Made by a program: the position numbers and the translations under genes. From positions 18,042,001 to 18,106,000 of the forward strand of contig NC_079164.1 in assembly GCF_947568905.1 (NCBI RefSeq): a stretch of 64,000 bases of DNA, read 5' to 3'. Position 1 is the first letter of the stretch; the number at the start of each line of letters is the position of its first letter. Origin of the DNA: Ostrea edulis (Eukaryota). The notes under the pieces are model-generated. The model did not search any database, had not been told where the DNA came from, and saw only the letters and a list, made by a program, of their open reading frames with translations. Below, piece by piece: positions 29,401 through 41,321 of this stretch.

Positions 29401-31694
29401 ACAGCTTCAGAATAGGGAGGGCAACAGATATGGCCCTACATGGGGTGTCCGATCAAGTGATCAAAACATCTGGCAGATGGAAGTCACAAGTTTATTCTTC
29501 TTATGTCAGAATGTAGGTTGTTTAAAAAAAAAAAAAAAAAAAATCGCTGAACTTCTACTAATCCAAGCAAAGTTTTTCAGGTATTTTGAAAAACATTTGG
29601 ATAGTGGGATCCTCAATCCCTTTCTGGGCCGGAGAACTGGCTGTCACCCAGCCGGGCGGCAGGAACCTTAACTTACCAGCCTGCATCAAATGGCACGCGA
29701 TAAGGGGACTGCAGTGGCAACAACTTGACCCACACATCTTGAAGTTGCTGCGAACCGCTACACCCCCCAATTTTTTAGTTATTCACTTAGGTTCCAATGA
29801 CTTAACTACAACAGGATTGACCAGTAAAAAACTCATAGAAGAAATACAGTGCTCATTTCTGCGTTACAATGTATTATTACCAAATACTAAATTAATATGG
29901 TCCTCTATACTACCTCGCCTTTATTGGCATGGGGCCCCGCTTAACTGCGGAGGCAAAATTGACAAGAAAAGGAAAAAGATTAACAGAAAAATTAGATCGT
30001 TTGTCTTGGATCTTGGTGGAGCAGTTATCTCCCATCCCAACATATCCCCAAAGGTTACAGAACTATTCAGACACGATGGGGCACATCTATCAATGATGGG
30101 GAATCGGTTATACCTTCATAATCTCCAAGGGGGACTATCATCATTTTTGTCCAATACGGCTAGAGAATTCCCATAGAGGTCTTCCTGGGTCACTTCCACC
30201 CAAAAAATGGGCAGGTTAAAACTGTTAACGATAGATAGCATTCTGGGGTAGGAAATTTACTTGTTAGGTAGATGGAGGAACATCATATCAATGTTTATGG
30301 CGGGTCTGGGGGGACTTAAAGGGGGGTTTCGGGACATTTCTGGCCTGTGTTTCTCCCATCTGTCAACCAAGACAGGGGGCATGTGTTGTTTAGTGGGGAA
30401 AGTGTCACCCCTCATGTAGTGTATGGTTGGGGTTCTACAAGTTTAAGCCATACTTGGTGCCCCCTTCACCTCTTTTAAAAGGAGGGAAGGCTCACAGTCT
30501 GGAGTACTCGGTGTCAGTAAGTACTATTTAACCAGGGAGCAATCTCTCAGAAACAGGGTAAACAGATATGTCCCGGGCCATTCCCGTCCACATGTTGGTT
30601 TATCAAGCATTGGGACTTTCCTGGCATTTGTGTTCAACACAAGGCCTCCGTCATGCCCGTTATGCACCTTGGGTGTTGGTATTTCGGTTGTAACCCCAGA
30701 CCTTGGACAAGATTTGGTGGATAATGCGGCCAATTATCTCCATTGTCCTAAACTCTTTAGCGATTGTAGTGCTTGCAAGTTGATTGTAATACTTGGTGTA
30801 ATAGAGTTAAATAAATGTGAAAATGAATTCGGAGTGTTGTTGTTACATTCCTAAGTAAAAGGAATAGTGGGAAAAGGCAAATCGATGGTGCCTACTGGAA
30901 TGTTCAATTGTGAAAAATTGTAATATGATTACACAGAAGATCTGGCGACTCAAATACTAAGAAGGTTACCAATTGCTGAGTCGACTTGGCGACTGTTCAA
31001 TTAATGTAGTGTGTTACAGCTCTGATATCTATAATGAAGTGTATACTCATAAACTACAAATATTAAACGACCCTCACACACACAAGTTAAATTTTATAGT
31101 TACTTCTATAAGTTACAAGTCCTTGGATGTGAGGGACATTCAATCAACCTTCAGAAAGGTATAAAAATCTTTTATCAAAAGGTATAAAGATCTTTAATAA
31201 AATCTATGTATGAAAGTATATGTACATATCAATCTTAGTTGTTAAACCTAAATCAAAGCTATCGATTTCTCCCCCCCCCCCCTTTTTTCCCCCTATGGCT
31301 TCTCCACCCTCATGTGACATTATAGTGTTTTGCAAAGTCTTTATTCAATTAAATTTGTGCATGATAGAAATGAATTTTATTCATATGGTATAAGAAAAAT
31401 TTGGTTAACAATTTGATGCTGAAAAGTTTATATCTTCTATAAATAATAAATTATAAATATTAAAAATGTTGTCAAGGGCAATAACTCCTATGTTGGTATT
31501 TCCTCTAAGGTATGTCTAGTGTACATTGATTTCCGCAATATCCACAATTAATTTACATATACATTTACTGTAGTACATTTTTAAAACTGTTGATATTAAA
31601 ATTTTGCAATTCTAAACAGTTTTTATGTATCTCATTATACTGTATAATGAAAATGTGAAATTTTTTATGCATATATAAACTTAGTTGCAATCTG

Positions 31695-31727
<33 letters not shown>

Positions 31728-34700
31728 TAAAAATAAAAAAAAAATTGGAGAGGGCTACATTAATGCAGCTAATATAAACAGTACTTCTGTTTATGTATGT
31801 CCAACATGTTTAAAAAGGCGGTAACATATACATTTTATTTGTTTATTGATTAAATTAAACTATACATGTATTGAGTGGAACTTAAAAAAGGTTTTCTACT
31901 TTAAACCATTGATATTGATAAGTCACATGAGGATGGAGCTACCTTAACTATTTGATTTAACATACTTGTCAGTCATGAAAGTCTTCATTCAAATAGTTTA
32001 CCTGATATTATGATGAGTATATCTTAACAAATAGTTACAAAGTTCCATTTCTCACTTAATATTGAATATGAAGTGTGCACCTTTTTTGTTACCAGTTCTT
32101 CATTGTCCAAAGTGGTCTTCTCAACCTCTGCCATCAACAGGGCCACCTGAGAGAGTCTGTGCTGGTTACCGTCCCCTATCTCTTGTAGTATGGCTTTGAC
32201 CTAAAATAACAATAACAAGACTATGGGTCTAATGCTCACCCAAGTTATCTTACTTAACAGAATGTATAGAGATTTGAGAGTGCCCTGGTGAGGTCTTTTG
32301 GGGGTAATAGTTGAAACAGACGTGAATCAACACCAGATGGGGATGCTTGCATACTGTTTTGATAAATGGTAGCTGTGTAATGAAATTGAGAGAATTTTCC
32401 TCTGCACATGCATTCATATGTAAATATGTGGCCTTGCTTTGGCCCCAGAGTGCATAGTTTGAAGAAGCTTGAATCTACCTTACATATTGATATGACACGA
32501 TATACAATAGTTCTTAATCTACCTTACATATTGATATGACATGTATATACAATAGTTCTTCAAATGATTTTCAATAATTAACTACTTTAAACTCAACTTT
32601 CAGCTCAAAGCTTTCATGCAAATTTTGGCTTTTTTGGTCCATTGGTTCTTGAGAAGATTTTTTTTAATACATATTGCACACTAGATTTTAATATTTCGTA
32701 ACAATCTCCCCATAGAGTGGATAGGGCCCTTTATTTGAATAAACTTGAATGTCTTTAACCAAGAACATTGGGAAAGTTAAAATGTGAACGGTCAACTGAC
32801 TTGAAAACATTTAACAGACAAATTTTGATCAGAAAAGCTCATTTGACCCTTTGGTTCTGGTGAGCTAAAAATGTTGTGGTCATTAGGGCAAAGAGTAATA
32901 CACCTGCAATTACAATAAGTGAAAAGATATGGAGCGCCAAATTAACATAAACTCAAATAATTGAAGATATCTTCAATTATTTGAAGATATCATTAATTCA
33001 TTTGATGCGCGCAACAATTTAATTAAAGATCTCTTCAAATAATTAATGATATCTTCAATTCTGAATTATTGCACGCATTAAATGAATTGATGATAGCATT
33101 AATTCTTCTGCGAATTGATGCGCGCTTTAATTGAATTAATGATCTCTTCAAATGAATTAATGATATCAACAATTGAATTGATGCGCGCTACAATTCAATT
33201 GAAGAGAGCAATAATTGATATAATGTGCACATTAAATCAATTGACGAAAGCAATAATTGAATTGATGCGCTCATTAATTCATTAGATGAGAGCAATAATG
33301 GATTTAATGCATGCATAATTTAATTATTGCTCTCTTCAATTGAATTAATGATATCTTTAATTCATTTGAAGAGAGCAATAATTCTTTTAGAGAAAGCAAC
33401 TAAATAATTAAAGATATCTTCAATTCAACATATCCACAATTGAATTAATGATCTCTTTAATTGAATTGTTGCTCTCTTTAAAAGAATTTATGCACGCATT
33501 AATTCCTTATACAAAAGCATTGTAAATAATTAAAGATATCTTCAATTGAAATAAAGAGATCATCAAATTATTTATACCGAGCTCTAAATCAATTATTGCG
33601 AGCAATATTTCTACGAAATTAATGCTCTCATCAATTGAATTGAAGAGAGCAATAATTGAATTAATGCGTGCATCAAATCTATTATTGCTCTCATTAATTG
33701 AATTGATGCTCTCATCAATTGAATTGAAGAGAGCAATAATTGAATTAATGCGCGCATTAAATCAATTATTGCTCTCATTAATTCAATTGATGCGCGCATT
33801 AATTCAATTGATGAGAGCAATAATTGAATTGAAACGCGCATTAATTCATTTGATGAGAGCAATAATTGATTTAATGCGCACATTAATTCAATTAAAGAGA
33901 GCAATAATTGAATTGATGATATCTTCAAATAATTGAAGATATCTTCAATTATTTGAGTTTATGTTAATTTGGGGCTCCATAAAAAGAAATTTTTTATCAG
34001 GATTGATTTATTTAATATTTCAGTTTCTAAAACATTTCAAACTACTAGATGCACTATTACAGTCTCTAAATAAAGCTTTCTCTATAACGTAACATATTAC
34101 AGTCTCTAGATTAAGCTTTCTCTATAACGCAACATATTACAGTCTCTAGATTAAGCTTTCTCTATTACGTAACATATTACAGTCTCTAGATTAAGCTTTC
34201 TCTATAACGCAACATATTACAGTCTCTAGATTAAGCTTTCTCTATAACGCAACATATCACAGTCTCTAGATTAAGCTTTCTCTATAACGCAACATATTAC
34301 AGTCTCTAGATTAAGCTTTCTCTATTACGTAACATATTACAGTCTCTAGATTAAGCTTTCTCTATAACGCAACATATTACAGTCTCTAGATTAAGCTTTC
34401 TCTATAACGCAACATATCACAGTCTCTAGATTAAGCTTTCTCTATAACGTAACATATTACACTCTAGATTAAGCTTTCTCTATAATGTAACATATTACAG
34501 TCTCTAGATTAAGCTTTCTCTATAACGTATTTAGAGACCTGCTGTTGGTTGATCCTGAGGTACATGTAAATCTTGACAAGAAGGAACTGGTAGTCTATGT
34601 CATCCGGAGTGGTCACCAACATCAGCTCCACAGCGTCCCTAAGAAACGTGGTGGTGCTCCTCATGTGGTGGTGATTACGGGCGATATTTATCAAGTTACG

Positions 34701-37700
34701 CAGCATTCGCTTGTAAACCTGTCATTCGTAAGATCAACATATTACAGAATGTAAGTTTGCTTCTCAAAAGGGAAATGCAAATGTTAATATCTTTTATTTC
34801 AAAGAAGAGTGGATGACAGAGCTAAGAAAATTAATCAAATGTACAGCGTCATTTCTACTTTCTTACTTCAATATGTGGTATGGCATCTGTAAACATAGAG
34901 TGGTCACCTCCTATGTCTGTGATAAATTTCCCATGAAAAGCATCAATATAAGTATACTGCTTCATTGACCTGCGAAAGAAAAAAAAAATTCTGCAAATAC
35001 TTCTGAGATTGAATTAAGAGCGATAATTCTCTACTAATAGTTATATGCAAAAATGGGGCAACTGATCTGGCACTTGTGTATCCAGATGATCCCCTGAAAT
35101 GTCCCTGCAAAGTCAGCTGAATAGGTTCTTTGAAATTACAATATTCTGTGTTTCCACAATGATTTCAAACGTCAAGTTTTTTCACGATTACCTTTGCATA
35201 CATGTATTTCACCAGTATACTTTAATCTCCTTCACTTACATCGGGTGTTCCTTCCACTTTAGCAGGAAGTGAGATGGGAAATTGACACATTCACACACCA
35301 CGCCCAGTCGTCTGGCAACAGACAGGTACAATACTGACAGACTAATGGGAATACCAAGCTTACGGTCCAAAACCTTAAAGTATAAGACAGCTTCTTAGTA
35401 CAGAATATCAACTGAATCACAGGCGAGATCTACTGTTTTTCAAAGTTTTATAGACACAGTCAAAACATATGAAACATAATTGTTTTTCTGTAAATCATGA
35501 AACACTCTTTTTTTAGTACTTTTGGCAGGACAAATAAACTTGTAAATAAAAAAGCAGTAAAAATCTCTTGGCAATTACACAGCTGATCCATATTTTTACC
35601 TTGTTAATGTAGGAGTTGTTTTCATCGTAATAGTTTTCTGCATTTCCCTGGAAACCCAATTCTGTGTACATCACATGGTTCATGATTTCTAAAACTACTC
35701 TTTGATGCTCTGTACTTAAATTTGGCACTCCTGTTTATAGATGTAGAACAAATAGTTTTTTTTTTTTTAGTTTTGGATCTGTAGATACTGAAACTCAGAT
35801 TGAATTAGAACAATGTGTCTTTAGGGAACACCATACCCTTGACCATGACCAAGTTCTGTTGTGGAAACTTGACACTTGAAACCTGACACTGACCTTGAGC
35901 AGTCACATAGCTTTGACCTTGACATTTCATTCACCAACACGAACAATGTGTCTTTAGGAAACACCATGCCCTTGACCATGACCAAATTTTGTTGTGGAAA
36001 CTTGACACTGACCTTGAGCAGTCACATAGCTTTGACCTTGACATTTCATTCACCAAGTATGTGTATAAGTATAGTTCAAAGTTATGCATGGCAAAGCTAC
36101 ATTAAAGTTGTACAAAGAGACATACACACAGCCCAAAATTTGCAGCACAATATGCCCCCTGATCGGGACATATATACAAACAAGCATGAACTTATTCCAT
36201 TTGATAAAGACAGCTGATCATTTGTTCCCATTAAATCATACACCTACACCAATGTTATCCACTTGGAAATTATCAAAACTTTATGCCTCTCATATTAAAA
36301 AAAAGCGGGGAGTGTATTATAATTGTTCTATCTGTCTCGTTGTATGTCCAAAACTTTAATCTTGGTCAAGACTTTAGTTTTGAATGCTACAAGGCCATAA
36401 TTGCCACATTTGAACTTGGCCTCAGTTGGGAGCATTGTCTCATAAACACATTTTGTTTATTAAACAATTATTCCTTAGTGTGATATTCTTTTCTGATTGA
36501 CATATATATACAACATGTAATAAGATCCATATGACATTGACTAAAAATATTACCTTCAGAATACTTTGACGCTAGTTTTTCTGGCAGATTTTGTTTCACC
36601 CTTTCTGCGATTTCATCCAAGCGGTCTATCACAGCATTCTCAGTCACATCTTCTGTTGGTTGGAACCACTGACCCAACAAAGTAGCACCTGCAGAATTTG
36701 TGAGAAAATTCTGAAAATTAACTTCTAAGTATACAGAGATTAAGTCATTTAAACATACTTATTAGAACTTGTAAATGCTTACAATACATTTTATGTGGTA
36801 CTATATGGCAACTTTTATTCGCATGCTAAAAATTTTCACGAGGTTCACAAGAACCTCATCATCACAAATATTTCTTGCCATCAACCAGTCCTTTAAAGTC
36901 TCTTGTATGTTTAAAATAAAACTCAGTCACAAAAATTAATCGTTGTAAACCAGTTCATCACTGGATAATCACTAAATAAAGTCATTGTGAATAAAAGCTG
37001 GTTTACAGTAACTTTTCAGTCAGAAAATGCCCCGCTACAAATCTGAAAATCAAAATGGGTCTTCTTCTGCCTAATCCAAGTATCAAGTATAAAATTCATA
37101 AAAATATTCCCAAGAAATCTTCAGTTATCATGTGTCATTGAAAGTGCTGACACAGATGGACAGACAAAGTGATTACTAAAGGAACCAGGCCCCATGATCA
37201 TATTACAAACTCAATCACCTGTAAGAACTGAAACTCTCAATTTGCAAACACCAGAATCTTAATGAAGCAATATCAAATTACAATTTCATTTTGGGATGAT
37301 AATTGACTTGTCAATTTTCTGATTTTGACTAAAGCTTAAGGTGTTTCGTGATCCTTGGGCCTTAGCATTACCTTTAAATCATATGAAAACCTTCTCAAGT
37401 AATTTCAAGATATGCATGCCATAGAAATAGTTTGAAAAAATCTAAGTCCCATAACTCTAATACCTCAGCCTAATCCAAGTATTGTATATATAAACAAGAG
37501 GCCAACAGGCCTTATTGGTCACCTGAATACTAGTGAAAAAGTATCATTACTTCCATGGGCTATGAAATCTAGAAAACATTCCCTGCTCTGAATATTTAAG
37601 CTAAATTCTAATGTTCAGCAACAGTATAAAACAAAGATGTGTTCTTAAAACTTCACTGCCCTCAAAAGTGCATACACCGATGAAAGGCTTTAAATAATAG

Positions 37701-40313
37701 GTGTATTAACATTAAAACATCAAAACATATGATTAATTTGGACTCATCCTAAAGTCATAACCTTGGGTTTTGATTGAAATTCACCATTTTTTGTACATCC
37801 TTTCCTGCTATTCCTAAGTTTGCATTTAGATTTTATACAGTATCAGCAAACTTACACATGAATACTATACTAAGTTTGGCCCCACCCTGGGGTCAGAACC
37901 CTTCCTCTGGGGGTCATCAAATTTACAATCTTGATAAAAGACTACCTGCTCTATCCATTTACTTTCAATTTAGTATCAACAGCACTAAAGAAGATGTTAT
38001 TTAAGTGTTTTACACATAAACACTATTTACCAAGTTTGGCCCCATTCTGGGGTCAGAACCCCTACTCCGGGGATCATGAAATTTACAATTTTGGTAGAGG
38101 CCTTCCTGCTCTCCATCACCATGCATTTAGTTTTTCTTACACATGTGCGATTCTTGAGAAGAAGATTTTTGAAAATTGGTCAATTTTGAGCAGTTTTTGC
38201 CCCGCCCCTAAGGCCCCAGGAATCCTGAAATTTAGAATTTATGTTCCCCTTGTTCCAAAGATACTTCATATTAAATATGAAAATAATTGGAATGATAGTT
38301 ATCAAGAAGAAGTTAAAAATGTCTATTGTTCACACATTTAATAACTGACCAGTTTGGCCCCACCCAGATACCAAAACCCCTACCCCTGGGATCATCAAAT
38401 TTATAATTTTGGTAAAGGACTACCTGCTCTTTCTAAATATTTGTTTAGTTTCAATATAGTATCAACAGCACTAAAGAAGATGTTATTTAAGTGTTTTACA
38501 CATAAACACTATTTACCAAGTTTGGCCCCACTCTGGGGTCAAAACCCCTACCCTGGGGATCATGAAATTTACAATTTTGGTAGAGGCCTTCCTGCTCTCC
38601 ATCACCATACATTTAACTTTTCTTACACATGTGCAGTTCTTGAGAAGAAGATTTTTGAAAATCGGTCAATTTTGGGCAGGTTTTGCCCCGCCCCTAAGGC
38701 CCCAGGGGTGCTGGAGACTTGAAATTTACAATTTATGTCCCCTTTGTCCCAAAGATACTGCATACCAAATTTGAAAAGAATTGGACTGGTAGTTATCAAG
38801 AAGAAGTTCAATTGTTAATGCACGACGGATGACTGACGACGGACGACAACCGATTGCAAATTGAAATTCTTCCGAAGGAAACTTGAATTATCATGTGTCA
38901 TAGGAAGTGTTGACGGACGGGTGGATATAGACAGAGTGATTACTATAGGACACCCACCATATGATGGGCCTAAAAATGCAAGTTAGTTTATCATGACCAT
39001 GCGTTTACAATCACCCCAATGACTGTGTTCATACTACAATTCTAGAACAATGTAACAGTTTTTCTTTCTGTATCTGTACACCTACTAGTCCTTGTCTGTT
39101 TAATGAATACTCTCCACAGTACATGACAGTGTATACTCATCCTCAAATCGATTACAGACTTAACTTTGTATGAAACAGGTACTGTTGAGAACTGTAAAAG
39201 AAGCATGCTGTTTTTAACTTTCATACCTGTCTCAAGCTTCTGTTCATCTGCTGGCTCTTGCAAATGAGCCTTCCATTTCTCAGTCAAATGAAGGTGAAAA
39301 ATGTGACGTAGTAACTTCACTGCATAGTATTTGTTTGTCAGATTTCTATAACTGTACAAAATTTTATCATTTAGAAAGTTTGTATGCATTTCAAATCAGT
39401 AAAATAAGTTTTTTGAAAGTCATAGTGTTTTCTGAAACCAATGCACTATGTTACCACACAGAGCAGCCCGCAAGCTAAATATATCACACATAAACTTATG
39501 CATGCACTATTGCATTATAAAATCTCTCCCATCCCCAACTTTAATACAACGAGAAAATTAAATACTACCTTTCTGACACATACATTTGTTCTTGGTTGTT
39601 GTGAATATTAATGCATACGCCTTATAAAGCCAGTATTAGACATTGCAAACACATTGCATTATAGATAAATGCAAATAAAGATGTTCAACTTGATGAAAGT
39701 AGTAAGCTCATGAATACCTTTCATTATCATGAATGATTTCATTCAGCTCATTAATGATGACTTCAGCCGCATCATGCTCCTCCATCAGTGATACAACATC
39801 TGCAAACCCATCATCAGGAATTTCCTCCATTTTGTAAAATCTTGGAGACAACTGACTAACAAGTCCTCTCACAGCACGACCCACCACAATGTATGTTCCA
39901 AACTCTCTCCGCCAATCATGTGCTTTCTCCCGAGTATATCTAAGTAAAAGCTTTGGCCATCTGGCAAACAAAAGAGAAAACGGGAAGAATAAAACGTTTA
40001 ATTCTGAATGCAAGTTACACGTTTCGTGAGAAAGGATGAAATACAATAGTGCTGAAGGCCCATCTCTTTCATTAAGACTTTATCTCTATCTCACACTCAC
40101 ATTACCGTATGTCAAATTTTTCATTGCATAACATCTCTCTTACCTCTGATGGAGTTTTCTTCTCCATAATTCATTTGACAAACATAAATTCCGCATTTTT
40201 GTGCATGTTTGGGATATATTACATACGTCTCTAAATGATATTTCTCTTCCCTGCAGTACATGATCAATAATTTCATTTGGCAAATCGAGAAACTCTCTCT
40301 GCCTGCAATCCAT
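26046..40313 (-). CDS. FBXO21: F-box only protein 21 (F-box, transglutaminase-like core, YccV/HspQ-like C-terminal domain), 578 aa; coding exons 40144-40313, 39718-39960, 39227-39351, 36554-36688, 35600-35730, 35240-35373, 34867-34969, 34539-34718, 32081-32200, 27459-27529, 26451-26608, 26046-26212
   Basis: Phase-consistent GT-AG model (1737 nt); F-box FLDLPNEIIDHVL..ELWRRKLHQRW; GIPISLSVLY..VNFPSHFLLKW; YIDAF; QPFYNVLVEDGSIRYAA; HPDVGKYF. Confidence 0.93.
26376..26415. repeat. (AG)n microsatellite
   Basis: Direct reading. Confidence 0.95.
27561..28620. repeat. 39-bp minisatellite, about 27 copies, FBXO21 intron 9
   Basis: Unit AGCATGTGTTACAGCTCCCTCACATCTATAACAAGATTT, degenerating toward 28620. 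Confidence 0.95.
28590..28765. repeat. 176-bp direct repeat, copy 1 (copy 2 at 31003-31178)
   Basis: AATGTAGTGTGTTACAGC...TCTTTTATCAA appears identical at both positions. Confidence 0.92.
28752..29516 (+). CDS. Tyrosine recombinase, 5'-truncated
   Basis: Frame open from 28752; core-binding FIAYL..LSANTVELYVRALSFYHK; catalytic R (GLLRVGEL), K (HSKTDQ), HxxR (HSFRIGRAT), GRWKS, terminal Y. Confidence 0.9.
   Translation, partial: KSFINFIAYLSIQKLSANTVELYVRALSFYHKFKGLKDTTKSFLIAKALEGLKRSRGKAVDTRCPITRPLLRELIQSLPSICSSPYEAKLFTSAFSLAYFGLLRVGELTITNKIMNSHCIQFQNVMVHKQSHIKVTIPHSKTDQTARKTTLIIPKELETVLCPVRAISNYLSIRPSTSQENPFFIHINSRPLTRYQFNAVLQKTLNFLGKQGHFGTHSFRIGRATDMALHGVSDQVIKTSGRWKSQVYSSYVRM
28766..31002 (+). 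mobile_element. 5'-truncated Ngaro/DIRS-like tyrosine-recombinase retroelement fragment
   Basis: YR ORF followed by an SGNH hydrolase ORF, the gene order known from Ngaro elements; gag/RT/RNase H absent. Confidence 0.8.
29562..30176 (+). CDS. SGNH/GDSL-type hydrolase of the YR element; no AUG start
   Basis: Block I WIVGSS, block II AIRGL, block III HLGSND, block V DGAH; frame open from 29562. Confidence 0.8.
   Translation, partial: SKQSFSGILKNIWIVGSSIPFWAGELAVTQPGGRNLNLPACIKWHAIRGLQWQQLDPHILKLLRTATPPNFLVIHLGSNDLTTTGLTSKKLIEEIQCSFLRYNVLLPNTKLIWSSILPRLYWHGAPLNCGGKIDKKRKKINRKIRSFVLDLGGAVISHPNISPKVTELFRHDGAHLSMMGNRLYLHNLQGGLSSFLSNTAREFP
31003..31178. repeat. 176-bp direct repeat, copy 2
   Basis: Matches 28590-28765. 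Confidence 0.92.
32213..32870 (-). mobile_element. HINE/pearl-like element
   Basis: Ends AACAAGAC..GCTCACC and AAGCTCATTTGACCCTTTGGTTCTGGTGAGCTAAAA (reverse of the TTTTAGCTCACC 5' end). Confidence 0.6.
32928..33981. mobile_element. ~1.05-kb MITE with ~65-bp TIRs and a short-palindrome interior
   Basis: TATGGAGCGCCAAATTAACATAAACTCAAATAATTGAAGATATC / GATATCTTCAATTATTTGAGTTTATGTTAATTTGGGGCTCCATA; AAAAGA on both flanks (or a TA TSD). Confidence 0.85.
34055..34528. repeat. 40-bp minisatellite, about 12 copies, abutting the FBXO21 exon 8 donor
   Basis: Unit ACATATTACAGTCTCTAGATTAAGCTTTCTCTATAACGCA. Confidence 0.95.
35809..36056. repeat. ~133-bp tandem duplication of a repeat fragment
   Basis: AACAATGTGTCTTTAGG..CACCAT.CCCTTGACCATGACCAA at 35809 and 35942. 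Confidence 0.75.
36799..37010. mobile_element. TA-flanked MITE (Tc1/mariner-like)
   Basis: TACTATATGGCAACTTTTATTC / GAATAAAAGCTGGTTTACAGTA imperfect TIRs. Confidence 0.55.
37492..38860 (-). mobile_element. HINE/pearl-like element with an internal ~480-bp duplication
   Basis: AACAAGAGGCCAACAGGCCTTATTGGTCACCTGA terminus; ~37850-38330 is repeated at ~38350-38810. Confidence 0.6.
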
Positions 40314-41195
40314 TTTTGTTTATAAATAACACTGAATTCCGAACCCGACCCTTTACCAGATTTGCGATCCCGACAGTCAATTAACGGAAAACAGTTTTCA
40401 TAGTCAGGTTTGCATTTATAATATAGGAAACCCCTATGATATAAATGCAGAGGGGTTTCAGGAACCTGACTAAAGTTTTCATTGCTTCGCACGTAAAATC
40501 AGGGTTGGGGGTTGGAGGGGGGGGGGGGGTAGGTACGGTGGGCCCACTTTTTTGACAATGACCATTATTTTTCTGCCCGCCCCCCCCCCCCCCCCCCCCT
40601 CCTCCATTTTATGACAGTAGAAGTTAATGAGATATTCATGAAGTAAGCTACGGAAGCCCATTAGTGCAAACCAAAACTAAATAAAAAACGAAATTATTAT
40701 ATAAAAAACGAAATTATTATATAAAAAACGAAAACTAAATAAAAAACGAAATTATTATATAAAAAACGAAATTATTATATAAAAAACGAAAACACTAAAT
40801 AAAAAACGAAATTATTATATAAAAAACGAAATTATTAAATAAAAAACGAAATTAATAAATAAAAACGAAAATATTAAATAAAAAACGAAATCAAGAACAG
40901 TTTTTGAGAATATAATGTGTGTGTGTCAGTGGAGCTTAACAAGGAAGGAAACATGGCTCCTAATTCTTTGATTTACTGCGATTTCATCATCGCCAATGGA
41001 GTTTTACAGAAATCTAATGACATTACAAATTAGCCAACTTATCCATTCACTACACGTTTATCTACTATGTTCGCTGAAAGGTCCCAAACCTCGTGTATCG
41101 GATTACAGGATTTCTCCAAAATTACTTCAACACTAGCCCCCATAAATCTAAGAATATATATGGCTCCCATCAGCCACATACCTCAACAATCACTT

Positions 41196-41302
41196 GACTC
41201 TACACTAATTAAGTGTTTCGGCGGTGTGAAAATTGAGCAAATTGATTGGATTGATCGATAGATTGAAGTTTAGCTGCATGCAGATCCGCCTCATCAGAAG
41301 TC
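41196..41302 (-). ncRNA. Type I hammerhead ribozyme, sense to the PLE RT and to FBXO21
   Basis: Exact inverted copy of 42757-42863. Confidence 0.85.
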
Positions 41303-41321
41303 TATTTGCACTTCACAATTA

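Noticed and set aside
28752-30176. Phage integrase or bacterial contamination
   Set aside because: It lies inside an FBXO21 intron with continuous host flanks, and YR followed by SGNH hydrolase is the eukaryotic Ngaro arrangement.
40121-40492. 123-aa ORF as a separate gene
   Set aside because: It is an alternative frame over the FBXO21 F-box exon (40144-40313).
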